A stretch of DNA of 64,000 nucleotides from contig JBHGNT010000014.1 of the NCBI GenBank assembly GCA_043228905.1, forward strand, positions 620,001-684,000, read 5' to 3'. This DNA is from Azolla caroliniana. Lineage: Eukaryota > Plantae > Polypodiophyta. Shown here piece after piece: positions 50,296 to 64,000 of this stretch. The position numbers and the translations under genes were made by a program. The notes under the pieces were generated by a model. It ran no database searches. It was not told the DNA's origin and saw nothing but the letters and a program-made list of their open reading frames with translations. Position 1 is the first letter of the stretch. Every line of letters begins with the position of its first letter.

Positions 50296-53200
50296 ATGGA
50301 GCAAAAGGTGAATAAAAAGAAGTACCCTCTCTCAGCTTCCTCATATACATTACTAGAAGAGGTGGGCCAGGGTGCAAGTGCACTCGTGTATCGGGCTAAA
50401 TGCATCACATTAAATCAAATTGTGGCAATCAAAGTACTGGACATGGAGAGATGCAACAGTAGTTTGGTAAGTATTAGTGATATTTGTAGGAATTTTTCAT
50501 GTATCATTATTGTATCCCCATGTGTGTCTGTATTCTGTAATGCTCATGGAAACTATCAAATTTATTCAAAGATGAAATCTTGCATATTTGATGAGATGTG
50601 CATTCTCTTGTTCAAAAAGTGTTTACGTCGTGTTCTCTTTGTGTCTATAAGTATTCTAATCCAAACAGTCATGTAAGAAGGCAACCATCTTCGTGCTTTC
50701 ATATGTGAATCCAACAAAGCAACACTTTTGTTTGAACTTTGAAGCAATATTCTTACTCCAAGCAAGAAGATGCTGTACAGTTTTCTTTCCTCTTCAAAGC
50801 AACTATCTTTGAACTCGGACATGGCTAATGAGGAAAGATTAAACTGTGATTCAAAGATATGCACATGCATTTCAAATTTTGCACAAAAATAAAATAAATT
50901 CTTTATTACTCTGGAATGGCCTTCATATATGCTGAATAGGAAATATGATTGCATTCTATGCAGGATGACGTTCGTCGGGAAGCTCAGACCATGAGTCTCA
51001 TTAGCCATCCAAACGTGCTGAGTGCATTCTGCTCATTTGTTGTGGATCATAGCTTGTGGGTGGTCATGCCCTATATGGCTGGAGGTTCATGTCTCCATAT
51101 CATGAAATCATCTTATCCAGACGGTTTTGAAGAGCCGATTATTGCTACAGTATTGAAGGAATGCTTAAAAGCATTGGAGTATCTACACGCCCATGGTCAC
51201 ATTCATCGTGATGTCAAGGTTTATCTTATTTACCAGCTCTCTCCTTCTATGTGAGGATTTGTAAACCTATGATGTGCTTTGTTAGTAATACCATTTGTAC
51301 GATATCTTTTCCATTCGGACATGCATCCTAATGATAAATGTACATCCCATTGAATGAAAACTCAAAAAATACCAAAACGAAATTATTATTGAATTAACCT
51401 GTGGCTTTATTTAAATGTAGTTGATTGAAAATTTTGATTGCAGATGTGGCACTTGTCTTTGATTTTCAATGTAGCGGTTAAATTAAAAAGTTAAGATGGG
51501 CAAGTGGACAAGTCAATCAAAGTGTCTCCTGGGTTCACTGAGACATTCTACTTTGGTCTCCCTAGATTTGAACGTTGGCTCGTGCCGCTGTCTTGTGACT
51601 CATGCAGATGATGATGTCTTAATGACCATAGGTGGCTAACATGACCCATGGGACCAGCAGATCGATATGCCAATCATGCTCCCCTTGCGAATGTTTATTG
51701 ATTTACTCTCAGAGCATCAATGTAGGTATCAAATAAAGTAGATGTGAAAGTGAGCAACCTTGCTTCACTCCGAATTGTGCAGCTGAGAAATCTTGATGTT
51801 CCCCAAGCGTCCGATGCCTACATGCATTGGTCTGATGTAAAGCAGAAATGCTCCATAGTGTATCCTTAGCCACACCCGTGGCTTGTAATTTCTCCCCATA
51901 CGTGTAGCATGGGCACTGTACCAAAAAGCTTTAGAAAAAAATCCACAAATCAATAATGTTTTTTTCTTCTTGTGAGCCCTATGCTCCTCAAAATGGTAGC
52001 CCTATTGTAGTCTTGTCTGAAATGACCATAACTCATTGTGATATAAGCAATGCTACTTAAAAATATTTCTGCTCAGCTACTTGACACATCAATGAAGCTG
52101 AAGAAAAATCCATATTGTATCATTAGCTGATCCATGAGAAGGTCCATCTAATACTTCCATTAGATGCTGCCAAGTGGCAATTTAAACCATTATGAGTTCT
52201 TTTTGTAGAAATAAGATGTAGAATCATTAAGATATTTTCATCGGCGCGAATACAAGGTCCATCTAACCAAACCACAGTAGCAACAATTTGGAATCGAGAA
52301 ACTCTGTGGTCTGTTATGGTTTGGATTGTATATAATGCACATCTATCCTTTTCTCGATGGAGGCATTTGATGTATTCATGTGATAAAAACCTACAAAAGG
52401 AATGTAATCTTGCATAGTCTTGAGTTAGAGACTCATGTGCTTAAAAGTTATTGTTTATTTTCTGCAGGCTGGAAATATCTTGATCGATGCCCATGGTAAT
52501 GTCAAGCTGGGTGATTTTGGTGTGTCTGCATGTATGTTTGACACTGGGGATCGACAACGTGCAAGAAACACTTTTGTTGGAACTCCTTGCTGGTGCTTAA
52601 ATGACTTTATTCTTTGAGTATTATTTTTCTTCATTTAATCATTTTACAAGCAGAGGATTCAAGGATGATTTAACTCTTCTTAACTTTATTAGGATGGCAC
52701 CTGAAGTATTGGAGCAGGTTCATGGCTATGATTTTAAGTGAGTGTTCATTTTAAAATGGGATTAATGTCTCAATCTCACTAAGCAAGGCCTTCATTTGAT
52801 TAATTCTCAAAAACAGTCGTAAGTAAATTTATGTTCGAGGAATATATTTGCCTATTTGCTTACCCAAGTAAATTTCATGTCCTCATGTTTGGGTTTCAGG
52901 GCTGATATATGGTCCTTTGGGATTACAGCACTCGAGCTTGCGCATGGTCATGCACCCTTCTCCAAGTACCCACCTATGAAGGTTATGTTGGAACTTTGTT
53001 TTTATAAGAGCTTGCATCAGTATGTAGTTCTATCTCCATTCCCAAATTGTTTTTTAGTTTTCTTGAATTCTTTGGAGTACAGGTCCTGTTGATGACACTG
53101 CAGAATGCTCCACCTGGACTTGATTATGAAAGAGATAAAAGATTTTCAAAGGTAGAGTCGATGTGGTTCTTCTGGTGGTTTTTTAGGCAAAAGCTTTGTC

Positions 53201-56200
53201 AAATCTCATTTTAAATTAGTGCAAATTGTACGAAGTTGTAACTGTTTCATGATTTTATGCATTTCTAGTCTTTCAAAGAGATGATTGCAATGTGCCTGGT
53301 TAAGAATCCAACCAGGCGGCCAACTGCAGAAAAGCTTCTAAAACACTCCTTCTTCAAGCATACTAAATCACCCGAATACCTTGTTCGGACGGTCCTTGAT
53401 GGGTTGGCTCCACTCGGTCAAAGGTTTCAAGATTTGAAGGTAAATCTTTATGACTGAAATCTTATGCATTAAAAAAATTTGATAAATCCATGCATATTGA
53501 AATTTAGTTTAGTTTTCTTATCTTTTAGGTGAAAGATGCTGAGAGGCTTGCTCAAAAGCAGATGCCATTCGGTGAAAAAGAAGAAAGATCACAGGTACTG
53601 TTTGAATTATTGCTCATTGATAACTTTTTATTATCTTTCATTGGCTTGAATCTTGAAACATATAATCCATACCTTACAATAGACTGAGTACAAACGAGGA
53701 GTGAGCAGTTGGAACTTCGACATTGAAGATCTAAAAGCACAGGCTGCTGCAGTAAGATATTAAAAATATCTTGATCTTTTATGTATAGATGTTCTCCTAC
53801 TTATTGATAATATTGCATTTGGTTTTCTCCAAATGAAAACAGATGCAGGATGATGATGGTTGCTTTGCCACGGGAAAAGAAGATGCCGAGCAAATGGAAG
53901 CGTCCACTACCATGTCAGATACTGTAGATGATGGTCATGGCCCCATAACACTACACTCTTTAAGTTCTGAGAATGTACCTGATGTAAGTCTAGGTTGGAG
54001 CCACATAGAAATTTTTATGGTTTTTGTTTTTAGGACCACTAACCGAAAATTTTGACTTCTCACAGGCAGATGGTCCTTTTACAAGGGTCCGTTCGGGGCC
54101 ATTGCCTCTTGGCCTGCAATCGGGTTCAGAAGAATTGATTGAGTAATCTATACTACCTTAATCTGATTATTGTCCATTGCATGAAATATGAAACAATTTT
54201 ACTTATGCTTAAGTAGATATTCCAAACTGTTTAATGTACAGGTCATGCGCTGTTCGAGATGATGATGATTTGGTAAATGAAGGTTTACTTTCGACTGATA
54301 ACTTGAGCATCCAGCAGCTAGCTGGAGATCCAAAGATTTCAGAAGCAGCTTCACCTCTAAGAGAGAATAAGGGAGAATCTAAGAAAGTTGATAAGTCTCT
54401 TTCATATTCTGGGGATATGAAGAGAGAGGATAAACCATTTCAAAATATGGAAGAGAGAGACTTGAGATCGGAAAAGGTGGTACAAGAAGGGCGGCGTGCA
54501 TCGAGTGGACCGCTAGTACCAGAACATGTCATTGCAATGCACCGTGGTCGTGAAGAAGAAAAAGATAGTGGCAGGTAAAATAAAAAACCTCCTTTTCAAT
54601 ACAAATATGGAAAAAGATAGCTGCTAGTAAAATGCGGAAAGCATGGAAAAGAAATGAGAACTGGGTAATTTTCTTTCACTTCTGTTCTCTTTGCTGTCTT
54701 AGGCTATCATTTCGCAGCAGTGGTGATGATGATACTCCACGTGCTCGTTTTCACCGCGAACGGGCCTATAGCGGCCCTCTAACAATGCATGGAACATCAT
54801 TTGATCAACGTTTTATGAATGGATTCTCTTCTACATCAAAGCAAATTGCAGGCATGTTACTTCAATAAATCCTCATGCTCGTTCCTATATTTAATGCTAT
54901 ATGTAATGAATTATGTCTCACTTGATTTGGTTGGAAGAATAGGCTCGAGGGATGTTCCAGATAAAGGGTTATATGTACAGAAAAAGGGTCGATTTTCAGT
55001 GACTTCAGCAGATGTCGAATTGATGGAGGTTTGATTAAAATCACAAACCATTTAGAGCTTGCATGATGCCCATGGTTCTGATTTAGGATAGGAAAAAGAG
55101 GGAATTGGAAATGGAAGGTAAAAGTTTCCAAATTTGTGGCAATTCTGATCTATTGTTTTTAAAGATTCATATACATTATAACAGTATTTCTCCTTAGTAA
55201 GCTACGTTGCATATAAACTACATTAAGATTTAAGTGCTTTTATGTTTGGACTTTGAATACAAGATCGAATTGATATAAAACTTGATAATGAAATCGAAGA
55301 AAATAATTGATAAAATAGATAAATATCTACATGGCATATGGTATCTACTAATAGACACAAAAAAAGATAGCTATAAAATATCATTATCACGATCTTCACC
55401 TTGGACAAATATGAAAAATTAAAGGAAAGAAATCAAAATCAAAACTTATGTTGACAACAAATGAATGATATCATCCATTGCACCTGCTGTAATTAAAGAT
55501 CCATTCTTTTGTAACAGGATCATCCAGCGACAATGCCCACACGAAGGAGTGCAAGCATGCAGGTACCTAAATGACAATAATAAAAAATAAGCAATAACAT
55601 GTGCGTGTATGTAAATTGATTTGATCATTACAAGCACTTCCACAGGTACTACAATCGTCTCCTGCATCGCCAAACCCAACAAATCCAATTCAGAATACTG
55701 CACTGTTCACATGTTTGCAAAATCTTCTAAACCATACCTCCTCTCAACAGGTAAGAATGACTGTTTACTACTCTTTTGAGTTTTTTTAAAGCTTTTTCTA
55801 GTGTTAAAATTTCATGCTTTCTTGAAACTTTCCTTCTTCACTTTCTCACTCTCTCCTTTTAGGAACTTCTCTTGAGCATGATAAATAACATCAGCAGAGG
55901 AGAACCTTTGCAAGGCAAGGAAGAAAAAAAAAAGAAAAAAGAGATACAGTAACAAAACCATGTTTTATTATAAAACAAATATTTCTTGAAGCCCTCTGCA
56001 TATGCTTAATTAGTATTTGTTTTCATGTTGTTTTTTACTTTGCAACAGGTCATGGTGTTCCTGACAGCTCTGCCTTGAAACAAAACTACTCAGGTTCAGG
56101 AGCTCGCTCTTCGGATTCTTTGGTATGCGAAAACCCATGAAAAAAGAAGAAAAGATAAAATTCAACCTTGAGATCTACATTGTTTTTTCCCCTTTTTTCC

Positions 56201-56869
56201 AACATATTTGAAATGCAAGATATGATATATAAAACACTTAAAAAGGAGAATTCTGGATTTTATATAGGAAGTAGAGATATCATCAGATAGAGAACATGAA
56301 CTCTTACAACAAGTCTCAGAGCTACAAAACAGGTCAAGCAAAAAACCCGCTCACCCAAACTTTTTTGTTTTTCTTCTATATTTGCCCAAAGGAAAAGAAA
56401 TCTTTTTTTTTTTTTAATCTTATGCTGTGATGAATATATCTTTGTTTTTCGCGGATTTTTTGGCAGGCTTGTGAGCTTGGTGGATGAATTGCAGACCCAA
56501 AAGCTCAAAAATATTTCTGTATTGCTCCATCACTCCTTTTTAAATATTTCGTTCAAATTTTTATTGTTTTATATCTTAAACATTTCTTGTTGCATGGAAA
56601 AACAAAATCTCAGAACTCTGAAATCTCCGAAAAGAATGACTATTCATTAAAATTGCCAAATATATTGGCTAATTTTCCTAAAAACAGAGGAAGATTATTA
56701 ACTGAAATTTCCGAAAAAGATTTCAATACTAAAACTGAAAAGATAGAAATATTATATTGTAATTTGGTTTCCATTGTATCCGACGCAGCTTGAACGACAA
56801 CTGAATGCTCTATATAATAAAAAGGAGGAAGAAAGGATACGAAGAGAAGATGAGGCCAACGAAGACTAG
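50296..56869 (+). CDS. STE20-family Ser/Thr kinase (plant MAP4K, FRAY/OSR1/BLUS1-like), 21 coding exons, ~770 aa
   Basis: Kinase motifs VGQGASA, VAIK, HRDVKAGN, DFG, GTPCWMAPE, DIWSFG, plus the family motifs [25 protein letters not shown] and a C-terminal coiled coil. Exons: 50296-50466, 50964-51218, 52468-52592, 52693-52737, 52900-52981, 53083-53151, 53269-53439, 53529-53594, 53683-53751, 53843-53983, 54066-54142, 54242-54574, 54703-54851, 54943-55028, 55518-55562, 55646-55750, 55863-55914, 56049-56122, 56268-56332, 56467-56518, 56789-56869. Sum is 2313 nt, in frame. The 3' exon boundaries are less certain. Confidence 0.93.
51700..51950 (-). mobile_element. Non-LTR (LINE) reverse-transcriptase relic in kinase intron 2
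   Basis: Degenerate [17 protein letters not shown]...[14 protein letters not shown] motifs (LINE RT domains 3-4). Confidence 0.6.
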
Positions 56870-59800
56870 CGCAGTGTTTGTTTTGTGCACCATTTGTATA
56901 TATATAATATCAATTAATTTTCTTTCTTTACTGTAACACTTTCCTGGAGACGTCCCGGCCACATTTTTTTGTTTTCCATCATATTGGAAGCGTGAAGAGC
57001 CGCACGTAACATGTCAATTTCTACTAAGAGTTTTTGTATAATCTTTACACATGATGAAAAAAATTTGTATGCAAGAAAATATTTTCTTTAGAATCTAGAG
57101 GGTAAGAAAAAGAAAGATTACTCTTTGAGTTGTAACATAAAATGCTCCTTATTTGTCTTTCTTATGGAAGGAGCAGTCAAAATGCCCAACAAAGTGCATA
57201 TTACGTTCAATAAGAGCAACCAGTATTTTTTGCTTCAGTTTATCAATGAAATTGGGCTTGTGTGCACATGCTTTCGATGCATGCAATTATATATTTTCTA
57301 TATTCCGAGACATTAACTTGATTGTGATAAATTATTTAACAGTCTTAATTGACACTTGTTAAGTGGAGAGGTAAATAATAAGCAAAATGAGTTTTACTCT
57401 ATGAAGAGATAATGATCATTATTAGTTCCTACATAACAGGTGCCAAGTTAGGAAGTAATCTGATTGCTCACTTAGCATCCTATACTTGTAGACAATTACA
57501 ATAGAGTTCCATTAAGCTAAGGTTGGACTCAATCTTGGTGCAGGCAATTCTAAAGGGATATATTGTTCAAATAACATCTTGATTCATTCAAAGCATCAAC
57601 TTAAACAAAGAATTTGATGTAGAGAGCACTTTCTCCTTTCTAGAAAGGAATCAACTTACAATTTGTAAAGAAAGGATTGCACGGGATTTGTTGCATTTTT
57701 CAAGCTGCAAGAGGTACTAATAAAACCCAACAACAAAATTTCTAACTTACATACTTATTTTGTATAGACTTTGGATCCTCATGTATTATAAACAATCTTT
57801 AAGAGAGTATAACATTATATATAACCATATTTCTTTGCAAAACACATGTCATGTCACAAATGTGGAACAAGGAGAAGAAGCCACAATCATGGAACCATAC
57901 ATACGAAGTTACTAACTTCCGTCATAGGAGGTAGGGCAAGATGGAGATGAGGACTCGTAAAAGCATTGATGTTACGATGATTCTAAGAACATGTCATACT
58001 TTTAGACGTTTTAGTTTGATATTATTCAACCTATCTACTTGTTTTGATAAAATAGCTTTATTGGTTTTATGACACATTTTCCATAATATAAGGAGAGAAA
58101 GTCATAGCATTGTTAAACATAAGAGTAATAATAGCTTAAAAGTTCCTAACAAATTCATATTCATGCATTGCTACCTAGTCGACCTACAATCTTAATGTTG
58201 TAACTCAATAGTTTCATCACTACATCATCAACATCCTTAATAAGGTTTTGAATGTCTAACGAATTTCCTAGCTATGTCTTAGGAAATGTTCAAGCATGTC
58301 TATAAGCTTTGATCAAATCTTGATTTGTACATTGTTGGACTTTGTCTTGTTGTTCATTTGTTATTGCACTTCAAATCTAAAAAAATCCCCTTTATGGAAT
58401 ACTCTCTTTGGCCAATTTGATTTATTCAAAATTCCTCCTTTTGAACCTATTCGAAAGGAGGAATTTTGAAATTTATGATGTGCCATCATTTCCAAAATGA
58501 ATTCATCATATTTCTAACAAATTTCCTCTAAGATGGGCATCAAATATTGCAACTACATGTTTGTATGTAATTGAGGATATCATGTGGGGTCGTAATCTAA
58601 AAAACTGGGCCTTTCTTATTACATTTACTTTTTCTGATTGTATTGGCAAAATGCTTCTATGTGCATGATTAATGTCAAGAAAATTTTAACGTTGGAAGGT
58701 GCACAAACTATCTCCTCCCCTTCGATATGTGCAATATCCATGATCCAATCAACCCATTGCTTCGTAAATTAACTGGATTGTATAGTTTATCTAAGATGCT
58801 AACCTTATGTATTTGGTTGAATTGTGAATTGAGAGAATATGTATGGTCATTCAACTTGTACAGAAAGTAACATAGACTTTTAAAGCAACTCTTTACTAAC
58901 ATATCATGGATGTTGACATGTTTGTATTTGCATGCTAGGGGTTCAAAAGTCTTATTGTTTTGTATTTCTTCTTGGAAGGTCGCCACTTGTTGAAGCACTT
59001 TGAGGTTTCCTTTTTCAAACTAAAAGTGGAATATCTTAAGCCTTATGAAATATTATTTGGTACATTTTGCCAAGTGTATAGAAACGTCCTTGACCAAATT
59101 AAAAATCCATAGATGTCCAGATAAATATTTGCAATCAGTGAGTATGTAGATTCTTGAAACTGCAAAAAGGTTTGAGCACACGGAACTAAACAACCGAAAT
59201 AGTATTTAATCAACCGATACATTAAAAGTCAATATCCATCAATGTGCTTTATTCATGGTTCATCATTTTGTCCACATAGTCAAGCTAAAACCCAAGGCAT
59301 ACAACATCAAATGTTATTCTAAATAAAACACAATGTGACATAAATGCAAGAAGCTTTAAACTTAATGAACATCACTTTGCTTAATATATACTAGTGAAGT
59401 ATCTCAAGGAAAACATTTCCATGAAGTATAAACAAGTTATATGTTGAATGCGATGAGCTCACATAGGCTTGGTGTAGAAGTGATAGGTGGACAAATATCC
59501 AATATTACCTTAGGAATCTTGTGACTATTTGAAGGATTTGTGCTGGAGGGGGCTGCAAATATCAAGACTCAAATGTTGCATTAGGTCGGATTAAATATTG
59601 TACATGGGATTCTAGGTGCTAAAGTAATCGACTCTTAGGTCACATGGTGCTAAAGTAATCAACTTTTATCAATAAATATCATCTATGTGTTGTGGACCAA
59701 CAAAATACTCCCACCATTAGAGTTGTTATAGTTGCAACCAAAATTAGATTGAACAACAATGTTTGTAACCAAATCAAAATTTCTAACAACAATATGACAA

Positions 59801-59979
59801 GTGATAAGTCACAATGTTTCAATCTTTCTCAACATGGAATGATCAACAATCATGTTGGAAAATTATTTGAATAGCTTTCAAAACATATATTGTTATCAAA
59901 TTTACATTGCTAAAAATAAGATGTTATCAAATTTACTTAGCACAATGTGTATCTAGAGTCTTGATATAATTTTGGAAAT

Positions 59980-59987
59980 TACGTCCT

Positions 59988-60032
<45 letters not shown>

Positions 60033-63000
60033 TGTTCTCTGTTTTATGCTTCCGCAAACACTCACGTTTACATGGTATCAGAGCGCGAGGGTTGAGAACC
60101 TCTGCTGCAGACATTTAACTCTTGAGAAGAAAACCCGAACAGGTCGAAAACAGACACAGTAGAAGACATGGATAGAGGCATGGCTACGTCGCTCCCGGTG
60201 GAGAAGCTCGACAGGAGCAACTACGCATCCTGGTCTTACAAGATGCACCAATACCTGCTTGGACACGGGTACTGGAGTTATGTCGAAGGAGCGAATGATG
60301 CGGCACCCGACTCGGCACACAAGGACTTCCCGGTATGGGAACAGGCGGCAAGCAGGGTGATGTACTGCTTCGCGTCCAGTGTCGGCGATCAACTGCTCAG
60401 CCACATCCGTGACGCCAAGACACCGAAGGATGCTTGGGGGAACCTGAAAAAGGTTTTCGCCGCAAGAACCACTGCCCGGAAGCTGCAACTCAGAAAGGAG
60501 TTGAGCAATGTTCGACCGAAGAACATGTCCGTGGCAGACTACACGGGCCGGATAAAGGAGATCTTCGACTCCCTCGCCTCTATCAAATGTTACCGTAGAG
60601 GAAGACGAGATGGTGCAGGTATGTCTCGGAGGCCTGGCATCCAAGTTCGGAGCGTTCCGGACTGCGGTGTGTACAAGGGAGAATACCCCCTCATTCTTCG
60701 ACTTACAGTCGATGCTCCTTGTAGAGGAGAACCACGCCGGTGCATCTACCAGTGCATCCCCGGACAGCCGAATGTTGTACACGGGAACGGATCGGTTTCG
60801 TGGGCGTGGTGAAAGAGGAGGGTCGGCACGCAATGGAGGCGGCCGACAAGAGCAGGAACGGAGGCACTATGAGTGTGTCGACAGCAGTTCCGGGACTTCC
60901 ACAAGCAGGGGGAGTCAAGGCGGTGCCGGAGGCCGGCAAGACAAATCCGCTACGGAATGCTGGTACTGTGGCAAAAAAGGCCACAGGGAAAGCGAGTGCT
61001 GGAGAAAGCGTGCCGATTCGGACAAATCCGGATCCGGCAAGACCGGTAAGGATGGCCGGCAAAACTCGCACTACGCAAACGGATCAGGAGGATCCGGAAC
61101 CGGAAAGGCCGATAAGGGGCCAGCCTTGGTGATGAATCACAAGGCAAACTCAATGAAGAAGACCACTTCCAAAACGGAGGAAGTGTGGTATGTTGATTCC
61201 GGCGCGTCAAACCACATGACGAGCCACAAAGAGTGGTTCTCCTTTCTGGAGAAACCGGATCGACCAGGAGTAGTCGAAACCGGAGACGACACTCCTCACC
61301 CAATCGTGCACGTCGGAGAAGTCCCTCTAAGCCACGTCAGACAGAAAGGGAAGCTGATGAACGTATTACACGTCCCGACAATCACGAAGAACCTGGTGTC
61401 CGTCGGTCAGATTGTCGACCAGGGGATGCAGGTGCGGTTTACGCACCTCGGGTGCTTCATTGAGGATGAGGGCGAAGTCATTGCGCAAGGGCGCAGAGAC
61501 GGGAGGATGTTTATCCTCAACACCAATGACTTTGGCACCGCTCTGTTCGCGGAACGACAGAAGGTCGAGTCGGACATCGACCTGTGGCACAAGCGGATAC
61601 GCCACATCAACTACCAGAGGCTTCAAGACCTGCAAACGAAACAAGTCGTTTTCGGTTTGCCGAAGTTCAGCGGCCGGAGAGCCGAAATTTGTGAAGCCTG
61701 CCAACTTGGGAAGCAACACTAGCTTCCATTCCCCACCGAACGGAACCGGAGCCGTAACAAGCTCGATCTCATCCATTCGGATGTGTGGGGACCGGCACAA
61801 AGTGTAAGCCTTGGCGGGAGCCGATACTTCGTCTCCTTCTTCGACGACTATACTCGACATACTTGGATCTACCTCATTGAGCGGAAGAGCGAAGTCTTCG
61901 ACTGTTTCCGGAGCCTCCAGAAGATGGTGGAACGGGAATCGGAGAGGAAGATCAAATGCCTTCGGTCGGACGGTAGAAAGGAATATTTTTCCGGCCAATT
62001 CACTAGTTATCTGCAGCAGAAGGGAATTCGGCGAGAGTTCAGCTGCAGATACACACCGGAGCAAAACGGTGTGGCCGAAAGGAAGAACCGGACACTCGTC
62101 GAAGTGGCAAGGGCAATGCTGGAGGAGAAGAGCATGCCCCGGTTCTACTGGGCGGAGGCGGTCCGGACGGCCGTCTACATACAAAACCGAATTGGTGACA
62201 AGGTGTCAACTCATGAGCTGTATTTCGGGCGCAAGCCGAACTTAAGACACCTTCGGATATTCGGCAGCATAGCGTATATGCATGTGCCGGATCAGAAGCG
62301 GAGAAAGCTAGATGCAAAATCGGAAAAATGCATCCTAGTCGGCTATGCTGAAGAGCAAAAGGGGTATAAGTGCTATAACCCCCGGACGAAGGAAGTCCGG
62401 GTTAGCCGGGATGTCGAGTTCGATGAATCGGCATCCTGGTACTCCGTACCGACTCCGACTTCCGATCCCGACCCAATGTCGGAAGATCAGGCCAGTGAGC
62501 CTGAATCAACCCTGGCAGAGGATGATGATGCCGGGACTCAAGATGAGAGTCCGGAATCGTTACGGTTGAGTGGACCGAACGAGCGACTGAGTCGGTTGGA
62601 CCAGTCGGATGAAGAGACGGCAAGTGGTTGAGACTCTGCCGTGCTCTCCCCGCGCAAGGCACCGAGGAAACGGTTCACGCGCAAAGAGAAGGGGAAGAGG
62701 AAGATGCCGGAATTCGAAACCGGCAACGATGAGTCAGATTGGTGCGTATCCGACTCCGGAAAGGAGAAAGGCGGATCTTCGGCAACGAAGACCGAACGGG
62801 CCAAGAAGGGCCTCAAATCAGGTGACGGTGCGTTGCGCCGATCAACCTGCCAGAAGGATCCCGTCACGCGGTACGGGTAAATGAATACATGGCGCATCAT
62901 TATGCGTACATGAATAAGGTGACAGAAGTGCGTGAGCCAGAGAGCTACGCAGAAGCGGCAAAGGACACGAATTGGCGTGCCGCTATGGACGAAGAAATGC

Positions 63001-64000
63001 GGGCACTCGATGCCAACGAAACTTGGGACCTAGTTGATCCTCCCCGTCACTGTAAACCGATCGGATGCAAGTGGGTGTACAAGGTCAAGTACAACGCCGA
63101 CGGTTCTGTTAACTGGTACAAAGCCTGGTTAGTGGCGAAGGGATATGCGCAGACACACGGAATCGACTACGATGAGACCTTCGCTCCTGTGGCGAAGATG
63201 ACGACGGTTCGGTTGGTACTGGCGGTTGCTGCGGCAAGGGGGTGGCATCTTCACCAGATGGATGTGAAGAACGCCTTCCTTCAAGGAGATCTTGAAGAAG
63301 TAGTCTTTATGACTCAGCCCCTCGGATTTCAATCGGAGATGAACAAATCGGCGGTATGCCGACTGAAGAAGTCGCTTTACGGCTTGAAGCAAGCCCCCCG
63401 AGCTTGGAACGCGAAGATCACGCACCGGTTGTGTAAGCTGGGGTTTGCTGTCTCTAAGTCGGACTCTTCGTTGTTCATCCGGCAAGGCTTTGACGGTCCG
63501 GTATGTATACTCTTGTATGTGGATGATTTAGTCATCATCGGACCAGGTCTTCCCGAAATCAACCGCGTCAAGTCCCAGTTGTCGGACGCATTCGAAATGA
63601 AGGACCTAGGGGACCTTCATTATTTTCTTGGGATCGAAGTGATCCAGACCCCCGACGGCATATTGCTCTCACAACGACATTACGTGTTGAATATGATGTA
63701 TAAGTTCGGCATGACGGATTGCCGACTTGTCTCCACACCCCTGGACTGGAACCAGAAGCTCCGTCCCAACTCCGGACTGGCCTGGAATGAGAAACGGTTC
63801 CGACAGGTTGTCGGAAGCCTGATCTACTTAACCATCACCCGCCCCGACATCAGCTATCCGGTCGGCATGGTAAGTCAGTTCATGCAGAAGCCGACCGTGG
63901 AGCACCTTTAGTGCGCGCAACGAATATTACGGTATGTCAGTGGCACTAAGGACCGGGGACTGCTATACCGGTGAGGTATACCCGAAGAGCTTGTCGGTTA
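59980..64000 (+). mobile_element. Decayed Copia (same lineage as Copia-G), running off the window end; 5' LTR start unresolved
   Basis: LTR end ..tttaca at 60072. PBS TGGTATCAGAGC at 60073-60084. Gag MATSLPVEKLDRSNY, CWYCGKKGHRESEC, PR YVDSGAS, INT, RT YVDD. Stops or frameshifts at ~60580, 61720, 62629, 62878 and 63909. Confidence 0.95.
59988..60028. repeat. (CT)n microsatellite in the LTR U5 region
   Basis: Direct reading. Confidence 0.9.

Noticed and set aside
57300-59900. Possible gene or TE downstream of the kinase
   Set aside because: Only short AT-rich ORFs without recognisable motifs; cannot be assigned.
59891-59980. TG at 59891/59922 as the start of the last Copia 5' LTR
   Set aside because: The 3' LTR is outside the window, so the boundary and TSD cannot be verified.

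Overview
Eukaryotic, plant-type genomic DNA. It is most likely from a moss, inferred from Tcn1-like chromoviruses, a Phygy-like Gypsy, TTTAGGG telomere motifs and intron style. Bases 1-42.6 kb are a deeply nested LTR-retrotransposon cluster of about 10 Copia and Gypsy elements, most of whose ends I resolved by LTRs, PBS/PPT and 5-bp TSDs. Bases 43-48 kb are AT-rich decayed DNA with at least one eroded ORF. Bases 50.3-56.9 kb hold an intact 21-exon STE20/MAP4K (FRAY/OSR1/BLUS1-like) kinase gene with two GC-AG introns. Bases 60-64 kb are a further decayed Copia. The most unusual object is a ~2.17-kb head-to-tail unit in two copies (486-10061, the second interrupted by a young Copia). In each copy a poly-C tract and (CCCTAAA)n telomeric repeats directly abut a decayed ~200-codon ORF, and the pair replaces ~1.4 kb of an older Copia. 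This architecture resembles telomere-associated, endonuclease-less Penelope-like retroelements (inference only). Other notable signals are covarying self-priming PBS/5'-end pairing, a conserved -1 frameshift stem-loop and heat-shock elements in the Tcn1-like elements, and a young Gypsy with identical LTRs, an extra 656-aa ORF and no canonical PPT.
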